The notes under the pieces were generated by a model. The model was not told where the DNA came from, ran no database searches, and saw nothing but the letters and a program-made list of their open reading frames with translations. Both the position numbers and the translations under genes were made by a program. A stretch of DNA of 64,000 bases from an uncultured Candidatus Binatia bacterium (GTDB taxonomy: Bacteria > Desulfobacterota > Binatia > UBA9968 > JAJDTQ01), in contig OZ244070.1 of assembly GCA_965215605.1 (NCBI GenBank), positions 128,001 through 192,000 of the forward strand. The letters run 5' to 3'. Below, piece by piece: positions 47,544 through 57,281 of this stretch. How positions within the stretch are numbered: the first letter of the stretch is position 1; the number at the start of each line of letters is the position of its first letter.

Positions 47544-48263
47544 TCACTCCCCGGCCACCCCTACCAGCGAGTTGAGCAGCGGCTCGTCCGCCGCCAGGTC
47601 GGCGCTGGGGCCGTCGTAGACGATGCGGCCGCGGTTCATCACCACCGTCCGTTCGGAGAACTCCAGGGCGATGCCGGTGTGTTGCTCCACCAGGATGATG
47701 GTGAGCCCCTCCTGGGAGCGGAGCGTGTGCATGGCTTCCACCAGTTGCTCGATGATCACCGGCGCCAGCCCCTCGGTGGGCTCGTCCATGAGCAGCACCG
47801 ACGGATTCCCCACCAGCGCCCGGGCGATGGCCAGCATCTGCTGCTCGCCGCCGGAGAGCTGATTGCCCTTGTGGGTCCTGCGCGCCGCCAGTTGCGGAAA
47901 CAACTCGAAGACCTGCTCGAAGGTCCAGCCGCCGGCCCGGCGCGCCACGGCGAGATTCTCGTGCAGGGTCAACGACGGGAACACCTCGCGTTCCTGGGGG
48001 ACGTGGCCGAGGCCGGCGCGCACCCGGTCGTAGGTCCTGGCATTGGAGATGTCCCGGCCGGCCAACTCGATACGCCCGGAGTGGAGCGTCGTGTAGCCCA
48101 TGACGGTTCCCAGGAGCGTGGTCTTCCCCACCCCGTTGCGGCCGACGATGCTCAGCCGCTCGCCGCGCCGGAGGGCCAGGTCGATGTCCTCGAGCACGAC
48201 GGTCCTGCCGTGGCCGGCGTTGACGGCGGCCAGCTCCAGCGCCTTGTCCGCGTGCGCGCTCAA
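47544..48263 (-). CDS. livF: Branched-chain-type ABC ATPase (LivF-like)
   Basis: GRNGVGKT, LSGGEQQM, DEPTEGLAP; TTG start overlapping the upstream stop. Confidence 0.88.
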   Translation of the reverse strand: MSAHADKALELAAVNAGHGRTVVLEDIDLALRRGERLSIVGRNGVGKTTLLGTVMGYTTLHSGRIELAGRDISNARTYDRVRAGLGHVPQEREVFPSLTLHENLAVARRAGGWTFEQVFELFPQLAARRTHKGNQLSGGEQQMLAIARALVGNPSVLLMDEPTEGLAPVIIEQLVEAMHTLRSQEGLTIILVEQHTGIALEFSERTVVMNRGRIVYDGPSADLAADEPLLNSLVGVAGE

Positions 48264-49030
48264 CGCCTTCCTCCGTGCAGCTCGGCGTTCTCCCCGAGAT
48301 AGACCTCCTGCACGCGCGGGTCCGCGCCCACCTCGGCGGGGGTCCCCTCGGTGAGGATCGCACCCGACACCAGCACCGTGACCCTTTGGGCGAAGCGGAA
48401 GACAATGTCCATGTCGTGTTCGATCATGAGCACCGCCATGGACTCGGGCAGGGCCTCCACCGCCTCCAGGAGCACATGGCTCTCCCCCGACGGCACCCCC
48501 GCGGCGGGCTCGTCCAGCAGCAGCACCTTGGGGCGCAGGCCCAGCGCAATGGCCAGCTCCACCAGCCGCTGCCGGCCGTAGGGAAGCTCCCGTACCTGTC
48601 TCCGGGCGTCGGCGTCGAGCTTCACGGATTCGAGCAGCCCCATTCCTTCGGCGATCACGTCGCGGCGGGCGTCGGCGCGACGCCACAGCCTCGCCGAGAG
48701 GGAGCGTCGCTCGCTGATGCCCATGCAAATGTTCTCTATGACGCTCAGGCCGCGGAACAGGGTGTTGATCTGGAAGGTCCGGGCCAGCCCGTGCTTCACC
48801 CGGCGCGCCTGAGGCCAGTGGGTGATGTCGTTGCCGTCCAGCATGATGGCGCCCGCGGAGGGCTCCACGGTGCCGGTGACGAGATTCACCAGGGTGGTCT
48901 TGCCCGCGCCGTTGGGTCCGATGAGTGCATGCCGGGCGCCGGGCCGGAGCGCCAGCGAAATCCCGTCCGCCACCACCAGCGCGCCGAAGCTCTTGCACAG
49001 GTCACGGACCTCCAACAGCGGCTCGCTCAT
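48260..49030 (-). CDS. livG: Branched-chain-type ABC ATPase (LivG-like)
   Basis: GPNGAGKT, ARTFQ, LPYGRQR, DEPAAG, EHDM. Confidence 0.88.
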   Translation of the reverse strand: MSEPLLEVRDLCKSFGALVVADGISLALRPGARHALIGPNGAGKTTLVNLVTGTVEPSAGAIMLDGNDITHWPQARRVKHGLARTFQINTLFRGLSVIENICMGISERRSLSARLWRRADARRDVIAEGMGLLESVKLDADARRQVRELPYGRQRLVELAIALGLRPKVLLLDEPAAGVPSGESHVLLEAVEALPESMAVLMIEHDMDIVFRFAQRVTVLVSGAILTEGTPAEVGADPRVQEVYLGENAELHGGRR

Positions 49031-50010
49031 GGCGCCTCCCGCCTGGCCCGGACGCCGTAGCGCTTGATCACTCCCAGGATGCCCTCCGGGGCGTACAGAA
49101 TGGTGGCCACCAGCAGCGCGCCGATGCCGAAAAGCCAGTACTCCGGGCTGAGCCTGGCGAGATGGTCCTGCAGGATCATGTAAACCGGCGCGCCGATGAA
49201 AGCGCCGTACAGCCGGCCGGTGCCGCCCAGGATCAGCATGATCATCACGTCGCCGGAGCGTTCGAAGCTGAGCACGTCGAGGGCCACGAACTCGGTGGTC
49301 TGGGCCAGCAGGGCGCCGGCGATGCCGGCCATGACCGCGGCGATGGTGTAGGCCCGCAGCATCTGGCGGTACACCGGGCAGCCGATGGCGTGCATGCGGC
49401 GCTCGTTCTCACGGATTCCCCGCAGCGACTGGCCGAAGGACGAGTTCACGATGGCGCGGGCGGCGACGAACACCACGAACAGCACCGCCAGCGCGTACAG
49501 ATACGCGGTCCGGCCATGGAGATCGAACTCGAAGAGCCCCAGAAGCGGCTCCATCACCACCCCTTGCAGGCCGTCGTCGCCGCCGGTCCAGTGCTCCTGC
49601 TCGTTGGCCAGCTCCTGCAACAGGATGGTGACGGCCAGAGTGAGCATCAACAGGGTGAGTCCGCGGGTAGACAGGATGACGGCGCCGCACACGAAACCCA
49701 CGACACCTGCCGCCAGGCCCGCGATCACCAGTCCGCTCAAAGGCTCGCTCCAGCCCAGGTGCGCCGACAGGATGCCGGCGGCGTACGCCCCGGTGCCGAA
49801 CAACGCCGCGTGCCCCAGCGACACGATGCCGGCGTAGCCCAGGATAATATCCAGGGACATGGCGAAGAGCACCATGATGAGGATCTGGGAACCAAGCTGC
49901 AGATAGTCCGGGAACAGGAAGAAGCCCAGCACCGCGGCCAGCCAGGGCAGAAGTTCGGCGGGACGGATGGCCGCCGTTAGCAGCGGGTTGCGGTACGCTG
50001 ATTGTTCCAT
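49027..50010 (-). CDS. livM: Branched-chain-type ABC permease (LivM-like)
   Basis: GYAGIVSLGHA, TGGDDG, GIRENE, LGGTG. Confidence 0.88.
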   Translation of the reverse strand: MEQSAYRNPLLTAAIRPAELLPWLAAVLGFFLFPDYLQLGSQILIMVLFAMSLDIILGYAGIVSLGHAALFGTGAYAAGILSAHLGWSEPLSGLVIAGLAAGVVGFVCGAVILSTRGLTLLMLTLAVTILLQELANEQEHWTGGDDGLQGVVMEPLLGLFEFDLHGRTAYLYALAVLFVVFVAARAIVNSSFGQSLRGIRENERRMHAIGCPVYRQMLRAYTIAAVMAGIAGALLAQTTEFVALDVLSFERSGDVMIMLILGGTGRLYGAFIGAPVYMILQDHLARLSPEYWLFGIGALLVATILYAPEGILGVIKRYGVRARREAP

Positions 50011-50046
50011 GTGAACGCGTTGTTCCTGCGCCTGCGGAGTGGACAG

Positions 50047-50907
50047 CTACCGGGCGTAGAACCCTTGCGGCCGCCACAGAAGCAGCACGATGGTCACCGC
50101 GAAGATGAAGAAGGCGCCGAAGGCGGGGAGGTAGTATTTTCCCGCGGTGTCCACGACCCCAAGGATCAGGGCCGCCAGAAACGCGCCACGCAGACTCCCC
50201 AAGCCGCCCACGGCCACCACGATAAGGAAATAGACGAGGTATTCGAGCGCATAGGTGGGGGTCAACCCGAGGATCTCGGTGCCCAGCGCGCCCCCCAACG
50301 CCGCCAGCGCGCTCCCGAGGGCGAAGGTCAACGTGAACAACCGGCGGATGTTGATGCCGACGGCTTCGGCCATGCGCTGGTTGTCCACCGCGGCCCGCAC
50401 CTTGGCCCCCAGCAGCGTACGCTCGAAGCCGTACCAGAGGCCGATGACGACGGCGACGCTGACCAGCATGATGAAAGTGCGGTAGGTAGGAAACTGCCGG
50501 AAACCCAGGTCCACCTGGCCCTTGAGATAGGAGGGGACGTCGAGCTGCACGTTCAGCGGCCCCCAGATGAACGTGCACACGGCGATGCCCATGAACACCA
50601 AGCCGATGGTCAGGAGAACCTGCTGCAGCTCGTCGGCGCCGTAAAGGCGGCGGTACAGAGTCCGCTCCAGCACGATGCTGATGAGCGCCACCGCAAGGCA
50701 GGCCAGCGGCGCGCCCAGCAGGAACGGCGCCCCCCAATCCCGGATAAGGGACACCGCGATATACCCGCCCAGCATGGCGAACATGCCGTGGGCCAGGTTC
50801 ACGAAGCCCATGAGGCCCATGGTCACGGAGAGCCCCACCGAAATGATGAACAGGATCATTGCGAACGCGAGGCCGTCGAACGCAATGCTGATGAGGGAGT
50901 TGATCAC
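50047..50907 (-). CDS. livH: Branched-chain-type ABC permease (LivH-like)
   Basis: GLMGFVNLAHG, RAAVDN..MAEAVGIN, VGGLGS. Confidence 0.88.
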   Translation of the reverse strand: MINSLISIAFDGLAFAMILFIISVGLSVTMGLMGFVNLAHGMFAMLGGYIAVSLIRDWGAPFLLGAPLACLAVALISIVLERTLYRRLYGADELQQVLLTIGLVFMGIAVCTFIWGPLNVQLDVPSYLKGQVDLGFRQFPTYRTFIMLVSVAVVIGLWYGFERTLLGAKVRAAVDNQRMAEAVGINIRRLFTLTFALGSALAALGGALGTEILGLTPTYALEYLVYFLIVVAVGGLGSLRGAFLAALILGVVDTAGKYYLPAFGAFFIFAVTIVLLLWRPQGFYAR

Positions 50908-50992
50908 GAAGAAAGGGTTGAGGGCCCGCCCGTGGCACGGGCGCGCCGCCCCGTGTCGTCACGGAGCGGCGCCGTGCGGTGCGAAGCCGCCG

Positions 50993-52186
50993 CTACTTCT
51001 TCTTCTGTAATTCCTTCCAGGGATCCTTCACCATTTCGAGCGTGGTGGTCTCGACGTTGGCGAGCGCGTCCCCGCGCTTCTCGACCTTGCGCAGGTACTG
51101 GTTCTGCACGATGTCCCGGGTCTCGGGATCGATCATGATGGGACCCCGCGGACTGTTGAACTTCCAGCCCTTCCACACGGCCAGGGCCTTGTCGGCGTCG
51201 ATCTTGCCGTTGAGGCGCCGCACCGCCTCGTGGATCGCCGCCATGCCGTCCCAGCCCTGGACGCCGAAGAAATCCGGCGAGCTGTCAGCGCCGTAGGCTT
51301 CCTTCCATGCCTTCACGAAGGCTTGGTTCTCCGGCCTGTCCCCGGCGGCGGAGTAGTGGTGCATGGTGATGACGCCCAGGGGGACCTGTCCCATGTTGGG
51401 CAGCTCGGTGTCCTGGGTGATGTCACCCGGCCCGATGAGCTCGATGCCGGCCGCCCGCATGCCGAGGTCGTCGTAGGTCTTCATGACGCCGGTGGCCCAC
51501 TTGCCGGCCGGTATGAAGACGTAGAGGGCATCGGGCTTGGCGTCCTTGACCGACTGCAGGAACGGCGTGAAGTCCGGGATCTTCGGGAACGGGAACGGTA
51601 TGTCCGCCACCACCTTGCCGCCCGCCGCGGTAAAGGCCGTGGTGAAAGCCGTCTTGCTGTCCTTGCCCGGCGAGTAGTTGGCGTAGGCCACCGCCACCGT
51701 GCGGATCTTCATCTTGTCGTAGGCGTGCTTGCCCAACGGGTAGGCCGCCTGCCACATGGTAAAGGATACCCGGGCGGTATAGGGAGATCGGGTCGTAATG
51801 GCCGATGTCCCGGCGTTCATGATGAGCAGCGGCACCTTGGCCTTGCGGGTGACGTCCGAGATGGCGAAAGCGTTGTTGGAATAAACCACTCCCGCCAGAA
51901 TATCGATCTTGTCGCGGGTTATCAGCTCGGTGGCCAGCCGCTTGGCGACGTCGGGCTTGGGGCCCGTGCTGTCCCGCTTGATGATCTCGATCTTGTGTCC
52001 TCCCGTGCCCTTGGCGTTCAGCTTTTGGTACAGCTCGAAGCCACGGTCCACCTGCTGCCCCAGTTGGGCGTTGGGGCCCGAGTAGGGAAGAATAATGCCC
52101 ACCTTGACGGTCTCCGCCCATGCGGTTCCGGTCACCGCCAATACCAGCAAAGACGCGGCCAGAAGCCTGTGAACTTTCATGGTCAT
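50993..52186 (-). CDS. ABC substrate-binding protein, Leu/Ile/Val-binding fold (possibly aromatic-acid type)
   Basis: Signal peptide, VKVGIILPYSG, SPRGP..ID..TRDIVQN.Y. Confidence 0.85.
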   Translation of the reverse strand: MTMKVHRLLAASLLVLAVTGTAWAETVKVGIILPYSGPNAQLGQQVDRGFELYQKLNAKGTGGHKIEIIKRDSTGPKPDVAKRLATELITRDKIDILAGVVYSNNAFAISDVTRKAKVPLLIMNAGTSAITTRSPYTARVSFTMWQAAYPLGKHAYDKMKIRTVAVAYANYSPGKDSKTAFTTAFTAAGGKVVADIPFPFPKIPDFTPFLQSVKDAKPDALYVFIPAGKWATGVMKTYDDLGMRAAGIELIGPGDITQDTELPNMGQVPLGVITMHHYSAAGDRPENQAFVKAWKEAYGADSSPDFFGVQGWDGMAAIHEAVRRLNGKIDADKALAVWKGWKFNSPRGPIMIDPETRDIVQNQYLRKVEKRGDALANVETTTLEMVKDPWKELQKKK

Positions 52187-52291
52187 ACCTCCTCCGAGTT
52201 TGGCGCCCCGCGGCGCAGGTGGGGGATCTTAACACTCCTGTCGTTGACACGGCAACGGCTGCCGGCCTTTCCCGGCCGGCGACGTCGGCGG

Positions 52292-53905
52292 CTACGGATA
52301 GGCCCGGTAAGGTCGCGCGTTTCCCGTCTTGGCCGCCGCCAGACGGGCACGAAGCACCCTCACGGCGACGTCGAGCTTGTCGGTCCCGCGATACCATATG
52401 CCACTGGCCAGCACGGCCTTGCCCCCACCCGCCAGGCGCGTCGGCGAAAGCCTGCGGGGGAGCGTCCTCCCCTGAGTCCGAGCCTCCACGTGGACGGCGA
52501 CGTCGACGAGCGGATAAGACGTCTTGTTGGCGAGTTCCACCAGGACCTGTCCGCTCTGGAGGAACGCCTGCGCCGTCACGTATCGCTCCGGGGCGTCCTC
52601 CACGTCCAGCATGACGAAGCTCTTGCGGGCGGCCTCGCCGGTCTCCCCGCGCACGTTGGCGGCGTTGCCGAACAGGCTCTTGGCGCCCGCGCGGTCACCC
52701 TCGGCAAGGACCACGTGGCCCAGGGCGTGACTGGCCAGTGCGGTGGGCAGGAGTTGCATGCTGCGTTCGAGATCGCGCCGCGCCTGGGCGCGGCGCCCCA
52801 AGGCATCGTAGGCGAGGCCGCGCCCGAGGAAATGCTCGTAGTATTGCGCGTCCCGCTCGATGGCGGCGTTGTAGGCTTCCACGGCCTTGGCGAATTGAGA
52901 CCGCCGGGCCTGGATCTGTCCCTTGAGCCCATGAAACAGCGCTTCGCGCGGTTCCTTCGCGATGGCCTTGCCGACCATGGCAAGGGCGCTGTCCGGGGCC
53001 TTGTCCATCTCTTTGCGGGCACGGTCCGCCGCGGCATAGGCAGGCCGCTTCGCGCGCAGGCCCGCGAGCGCGGCGGCGTACCGTTCACGTCCCACCTCGC
53101 CGCCCGCGGGAAACCTGGCAAGGGCCGCGCGATTGTTCTTCACCCGTTCCGCCGACGGCGGATGGGTGGCGAAGAGCCCCTTGAGCCAGTTTTCCTTCCG
53201 GCCCTTGCTCAGGGCCAGGAACTTCTCCTGGAGTGTCACCGCCGCGCCCGTATCGTAGCCCGCGGCCTTCATGTACCGCATTCCGTGGCTGTCCGCCTCG
53301 CGTTCCGCGTCCCGGCCGTGTTTCCGGCTGATGAGTTGCATCCCGGCGCCGCTGGCCCCCAGAATGTAGTTCGTGTACCTCGAGTACCGCGAGGTCCCGG
53401 CGGCAAGCGCTACCCCCGCCTGCGCCACCTGGAGGATCAGGTTTTGGGTCATGGCCTGGGCGCCGTGTCTCGCGGCCGCGTGCACGACCTCGTGGGCGAG
53501 CACCGCGGCCAGTTCCGCTTCGTTCTCCAGCTCCAGGAGCAGGCCGCGGTTGATGGCGATCTTGCCGCCCGGAAGCGCCCACGCGTTGGGCGTACCGTCG
53601 TTCAGCACGACGAACTCATACGGCAGCTTGCGGTCACTGACGCCCGCGACCCTGCGGCCGACCCGGGCGACGTACTCGTTGAGGTCCGGGTCCGCCCTAT
53701 ACCGCCCCCCCTGCGCCTGTTGGGTCGGGCGATAGTGCTTCGCGCCGGTTTCGATCTCTTGCTCGGTCGAAAACGGGACGAACTCCCTCTCCCGGGTGAC
53801 GGGATTCCTGGAGCAACCGGCGACCGCGACCGCCATCAGCAAGAGGACGATCATCGGCCACAGTCTTGAACGTACGGCGCCTGCCACGTTTGCCTCCTTC
53901 AGCAC
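52292..53905 (-). CDS. M48 metalloprotease lipoprotein with TPR repeats (BepA-like)
   Basis: Lipobox VAGC, PNAWALPGG, HEVVH zinc motif, EREAD, ATHP, TPR-like helices. Confidence 0.88.
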   Translation of the reverse strand: MLKEANVAGAVRSRLWPMIVLLLMAVAVAGCSRNPVTREREFVPFSTEQEIETGAKHYRPTQQAQGGRYRADPDLNEYVARVGRRVAGVSDRKLPYEFVVLNDGTPNAWALPGGKIAINRGLLLELENEAELAAVLAHEVVHAAARHGAQAMTQNLILQVAQAGVALAAGTSRYSRYTNYILGASGAGMQLISRKHGRDAEREADSHGMRYMKAAGYDTGAAVTLQEKFLALSKGRKENWLKGLFATHPPSAERVKNNRAALARFPAGGEVGRERYAAALAGLRAKRPAYAAADRARKEMDKAPDSALAMVGKAIAKEPREALFHGLKGQIQARRSQFAKAVEAYNAAIERDAQYYEHFLGRGLAYDALGRRAQARRDLERSMQLLPTALASHALGHVVLAEGDRAGAKSLFGNAANVRGETGEAARKSFVMLDVEDAPERYVTAQAFLQSGQVLVELANKTSYPLVDVAVHVEARTQGRTLPRRLSPTRLAGGGKAVLASGIWYRGTDKLDVAVRVLRARLAAAKTGNARPYRAYP

Positions 53906-54113
53906 GGTTCCCCGATCACGACAAGAGGTTAACGGACCAGGGTTTCCGGCACAACATGTTGCCCGACCGGATGAAACTCGAAGCCGCCCTCGGAGAAACC
54001 GGCGGTGGACGGGAGCGGTGAAGCCCGCGGGCCGTGGAATTGTCTTTCTGGCCGCAACGGCTATACCTTAGGCGTGCGAACCGTTCCGACCACGGGCTAC
54101 AGGAGACCACCGC

Positions 54114-54797
54114 ATGGACAACCAACCCCTTTCCGCCGACGAGTTCGTCGAACAGCTCAAGAAGGAGATCGCGGTCTTTCACAAGCTGCGCATCAACCAC
54201 CCGTTCGTGAAGGCCATATCCGAGGGCGCCGCCGCCATGGACCACATCCGCACCTGGGCGGTACAGGATTACCAGTTCCGCGTCGCGGTGCCGCGTATCG
54301 CCCTGCTCCGTTACGTAGCGTGCAGCGATCCCGAGTTCGCCCCCAAGCTGTTCGAGGTGGCGGAGGAGGAAACCCGGGGCCTGTTGCCGGGGAGCTCCGG
54401 CCATCCGGACATGTTCGTGGAGTTCGCCGAGGCCATCGGCCTCACGCGCGCGGACCTGGAGAACCCCACGCTGTTGCCGGCCACGGCCGCGCATCTGTAC
54501 TTCGCCGAGTTGGTGATCCACACGCACCCGTGGTTCGTGGTGATGGCGGCGCAGATGGGCGCCGAGGGGACCTTCGGACCGGCCGCGGCGGCGCTGGGAC
54601 AGGGCTTCATCAAGAGCTACGGCATGACCCCCGAATCGGTACGGTTCTTCACCGTCCACGTGGAGGCCGACGAGGAGCACGGCACCCTGGCGGAGGACAT
54701 CGCGCGCCGTTACCTCAACTCGGCCAACCTGCAGCAACAGACGCGCGAGGTCATGTTCCGGCGCATGGAACTGCTGTACGACATCTGGACGATCTAG
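54114..54797 (+). CDS. TenA/PqqC/CADD heme-oxygenase-like diiron protein
   Basis: HPF, EEE..H, E, FFTVHVEADEEH ligand pattern. Confidence 0.8.
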   Translation: MDNQPLSADEFVEQLKKEIAVFHKLRINHPFVKAISEGAAAMDHIRTWAVQDYQFRVAVPRIALLRYVACSDPEFAPKLFEVAEEETRGLLPGSSGHPDMFVEFAEAIGLTRADLENPTLLPATAAHLYFAELVIHTHPWFVVMAAQMGAEGTFGPAAAALGQGFIKSYGMTPESVRFFTVHVEADEEHGTLAEDIARRYLNSANLQQQTREVMFRRMELLYDIWTI

Positions 54798-54830
54798 TGT
54801 TGTGCCCCGAGGGCTAACCGGAATGCGGTC

Positions 54831-57200
54831 ATGAAGGATCAGGGCGCCACACGTCACATGGGGCGCAGCATCCCCATGCAGGAGGCGGGACCGCTGCTGC
54901 GCGGACAGGGGGCCTACGTCAGCGACCTGCGCTTCCCGGGGATGCTCCACGCCGCGGTGCTGCGCAGCCCCCACGCCCACGCGAAGATCCGGAGCCTTGA
55001 CGCGAGCGCGGCGCTGGCGATGCCGGGGGTGGTGCGGGTCCTCACGGGGGAGGACATCCGGGAGGCCATCGAACCCTTTCCTTCGAGCTTCGAGTTCCAT
55101 CCGCGGCCCTGGCTCGACGCGATCCAGCCCGTGCTCAAGGGACCGCGGGCCCGGGTGCTGGCCCTCGGCAAGGTGCGTTACGTGGGCGAGCCCGTGGCCA
55201 TGGTGGTGGCTGAAGACCGCTACCGCGCCGAGGACGCGCTGGACGGCATCGCCGTGGATTACGGGGAGCTTCCGCCCGTGGTGGACCCGGAAGCCGCGCT
55301 GGAGGCCGATGCGGTGCGGGTCCACGAGGATGCGGACGACAACGTGGTGTTCCACTTCAGTATCGCCAAGGGGGACGTGGAGCAGGCCTTGAAAGACGCG
55401 CCCCACCGCATCGAGGAGCGGCTGCACCACCGCCGCCACGGCGGCATCCCCATGGAGGGGAGAGGCGTCCTGGCCATGGCCGAGGTCAAGCCACGGCGGC
55501 TGACGGTGTGGTCCTCCACCCAGGTGCCCCACAGCGTGCGGCGGCAGATCGCCGCCCAGCTCGGCCTTGCCGAGGAGACCATCCGGGTGGTGGCGCCCCA
55601 CGTGGGCGGCGGTTTCGGCCCCAAGGTGCTGGTCTATCCCGAGGAAGTGCTGGTGCCCTACCTCGCCCTGGAGCTGGGCCGGCCGGTGCAGTGGATCGAA
55701 GACCGCAGGGAACACTTCATCAGCACCGCCCATGCCCGGGACCAGATCCACTACGTGGAGCTGGCGTTCGACGACGACGGCAGGATCGTGGCGCTCAAGG
55801 ACCGCTTCCTGCTGGACAACGGCGCCTACAACCCCATGGGCCTCACCGACGCCTACAATACCTCCGCGCACCTGCAAGGGCCGTACCGGATACCCAACCT
55901 CGCCGTCACCGGCACCTGCGTGGCCACCAACAAGGTGCCCAACGCCCCCTACCGGGGCGCCGGCCGGCCAGAGGCGGTCTTCGTCATGGAGCGCTGCATC
56001 GACCGCATCGCCGGGGAGCTGGGGCTCGATCCCGCCGAGGTCCGCTTCCGCAATCTCGTGCAGCCGGAGGAGATCCCCTACGACGCCGGCATCCTCTACC
56101 GGGACGGCGCGCCCGTGCGCTACGACAACGGGGACTTCCCCGCCACCCTCGTCAAGGCCATGGACGCCTGCGGTTACCACGACGTGCGCGCGCGGCAGCA
56201 GCAGGCCCGGCCGGACGGCCGCTACCTCGGCGTGGGCATCGGCTTCTACACCGAGGGCACGGGCGTAGGTTCCTTCGAAGGAGCCCGGGTGGAAGTGGAC
56301 TCATCGGGCAAGCTGCTCGTGTCGGTGGGCGCCAGCGGCCACGGACAGGGACACGAGACCGTGTTCTCGCAGCTCACCGCGGACCTCTGGGGCGTGACGC
56401 CGGAAGACGTCACCGTGGTGGGAGGGGACACCGACGCCATCCGCTACGGCGTCGGCACCTTCGCCAGCCGCAGCACGGTCAATGCCGGCACCGCCATCCA
56501 CCAGGCCACCCAACGCCTCAAGGCCAAGGTGTTCGAGCTGGCCGGCCACCTGCTGGAAGCCAACCCCGACGACCTGACCACGCGTGACGGCCGGGTCTTC
56601 GTGGAGGAGCGCCCGGATCACGGCGTTTCCCTGGCGGAGCTTGCCGGCGCCGCGGTGCCGGGCTGGGCCTCGAAGCTGCCCGAGGGCATGGAGCCCAACC
56701 TGGAGGCTACCTACTACTACGTGCCGCAGACGGTGACCTGGGCCCACGCCGCCCACGTGGCGGTGGTGGAGGTGGACGCGGAGACCGGGGAAGTGGAACT
56801 CCTGGACTACGCCGTGGCCCACGACTCGGGACCCGCCATCAACCCGTTGTTCGTCGAAGGACAGGTGCGGGGCGGCGTCGCCCAGGGGATCGGCGGCGCG
56901 CTCTATGAGGAGTTCGTCTACGACGAGCTGGGACAGCTCCTCACCGGCACCTTCCTCGACTACCTGCTGCCCAGTTGCGGCGAGGTGCCGGCGATAAAGC
57001 AGGTCCATCTCGAAACCCCCTCCCCCCTCAACCCGCTGGGCCTCAAGGGCATCGGCGAGGGCGGCGCCATCGCCCCGCCGGTGGCGGTGGCCAACGCCGT
57101 GGTGGACGCATTGCGGCCCCTGGGCCGAATTGAGATTTCCGAGACCCCGGTCACGCCCGAACGCGTGCTGGCGTTGTTGCGGCAACACCGGACAGTCTGA
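54831..57200 (+). CDS. Xanthine dehydrogenase family molybdopterin-binding large subunit (CoxL-like)
   Basis: RSPHAHA, STQVPH, GGGFG.K, PYRGAGRPEA, GQGHET, QGIG, KGIGE. Confidence 0.9.
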   Translation: MKDQGATRHMGRSIPMQEAGPLLRGQGAYVSDLRFPGMLHAAVLRSPHAHAKIRSLDASAALAMPGVVRVLTGEDIREAIEPFPSSFEFHPRPWLDAIQPVLKGPRARVLALGKVRYVGEPVAMVVAEDRYRAEDALDGIAVDYGELPPVVDPEAALEADAVRVHEDADDNVVFHFSIAKGDVEQALKDAPHRIEERLHHRRHGGIPMEGRGVLAMAEVKPRRLTVWSSTQVPHSVRRQIAAQLGLAEETIRVVAPHVGGGFGPKVLVYPEEVLVPYLALELGRPVQWIEDRREHFISTAHARDQIHYVELAFDDDGRIVALKDRFLLDNGAYNPMGLTDAYNTSAHLQGPYRIPNLAVTGTCVATNKVPNAPYRGAGRPEAVFVMERCIDRIAGELGLDPAEVRFRNLVQPEEIPYDAGILYRDGAPVRYDNGDFPATLVKAMDACGYHDVRARQQQARPDGRYLGVGIGFYTEGTGVGSFEGARVEVDSSGKLLVSVGASGHGQGHETVFSQLTADLWGVTPEDVTVVGGDTDAIRYGVGTFASRSTVNAGTAIHQATQRLKAKVFELAGHLLEANPDDLTTRDGRVFVEERPDHGVSLAELAGAAVPGWASKLPEGMEPNLEATYYYVPQTVTWAHAAHVAVVEVDAETGEVELLDYAVAHDSGPAINPLFVEGQVRGGVAQGIGGALYEEFVYDELGQLLTGTFLDYLLPSCGEVPAIKQVHLETPSPLNPLGLKGIGEGGAIAPPVAVANAVVDALRPLGRIEISETPVTPERVLALLRQHRTV

Positions 57201-57281
57201 CAGGAAACGATGCGGGGGCCTGAGGAGTAGAAGGTATCGCGGTTGCGGCAAGGGTACCTCCGTGTTAAGCCACCCGTCACC

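Noticed and set aside
50915-50985. Hairpins between the binding-protein gene and the permease as a novel RNA
   Set aside because: Intercistronic stem-loops after ABC binding-protein genes are common mRNA-stability elements.
51230-53869. Long antisense or alternative-frame ORFs (for example 879 aa here, 20404-22614, 37731-39935, 53916-56180)
   Set aside because: These are shadow frames of real genes, expected in high-GC DNA, with no domain motifs.
54114-54797. pqqC or tenA assignment
   Set aside because: Only the shared fold is supported; there is no pqq or thiamine-salvage context.
54831-57200. Aerobic CO dehydrogenase large subunit (form I CoxL)
   Set aside because: The active-site loop is PYRGAGR, not AYxCSFR, and no coxMS or accessory genes are adjacent.
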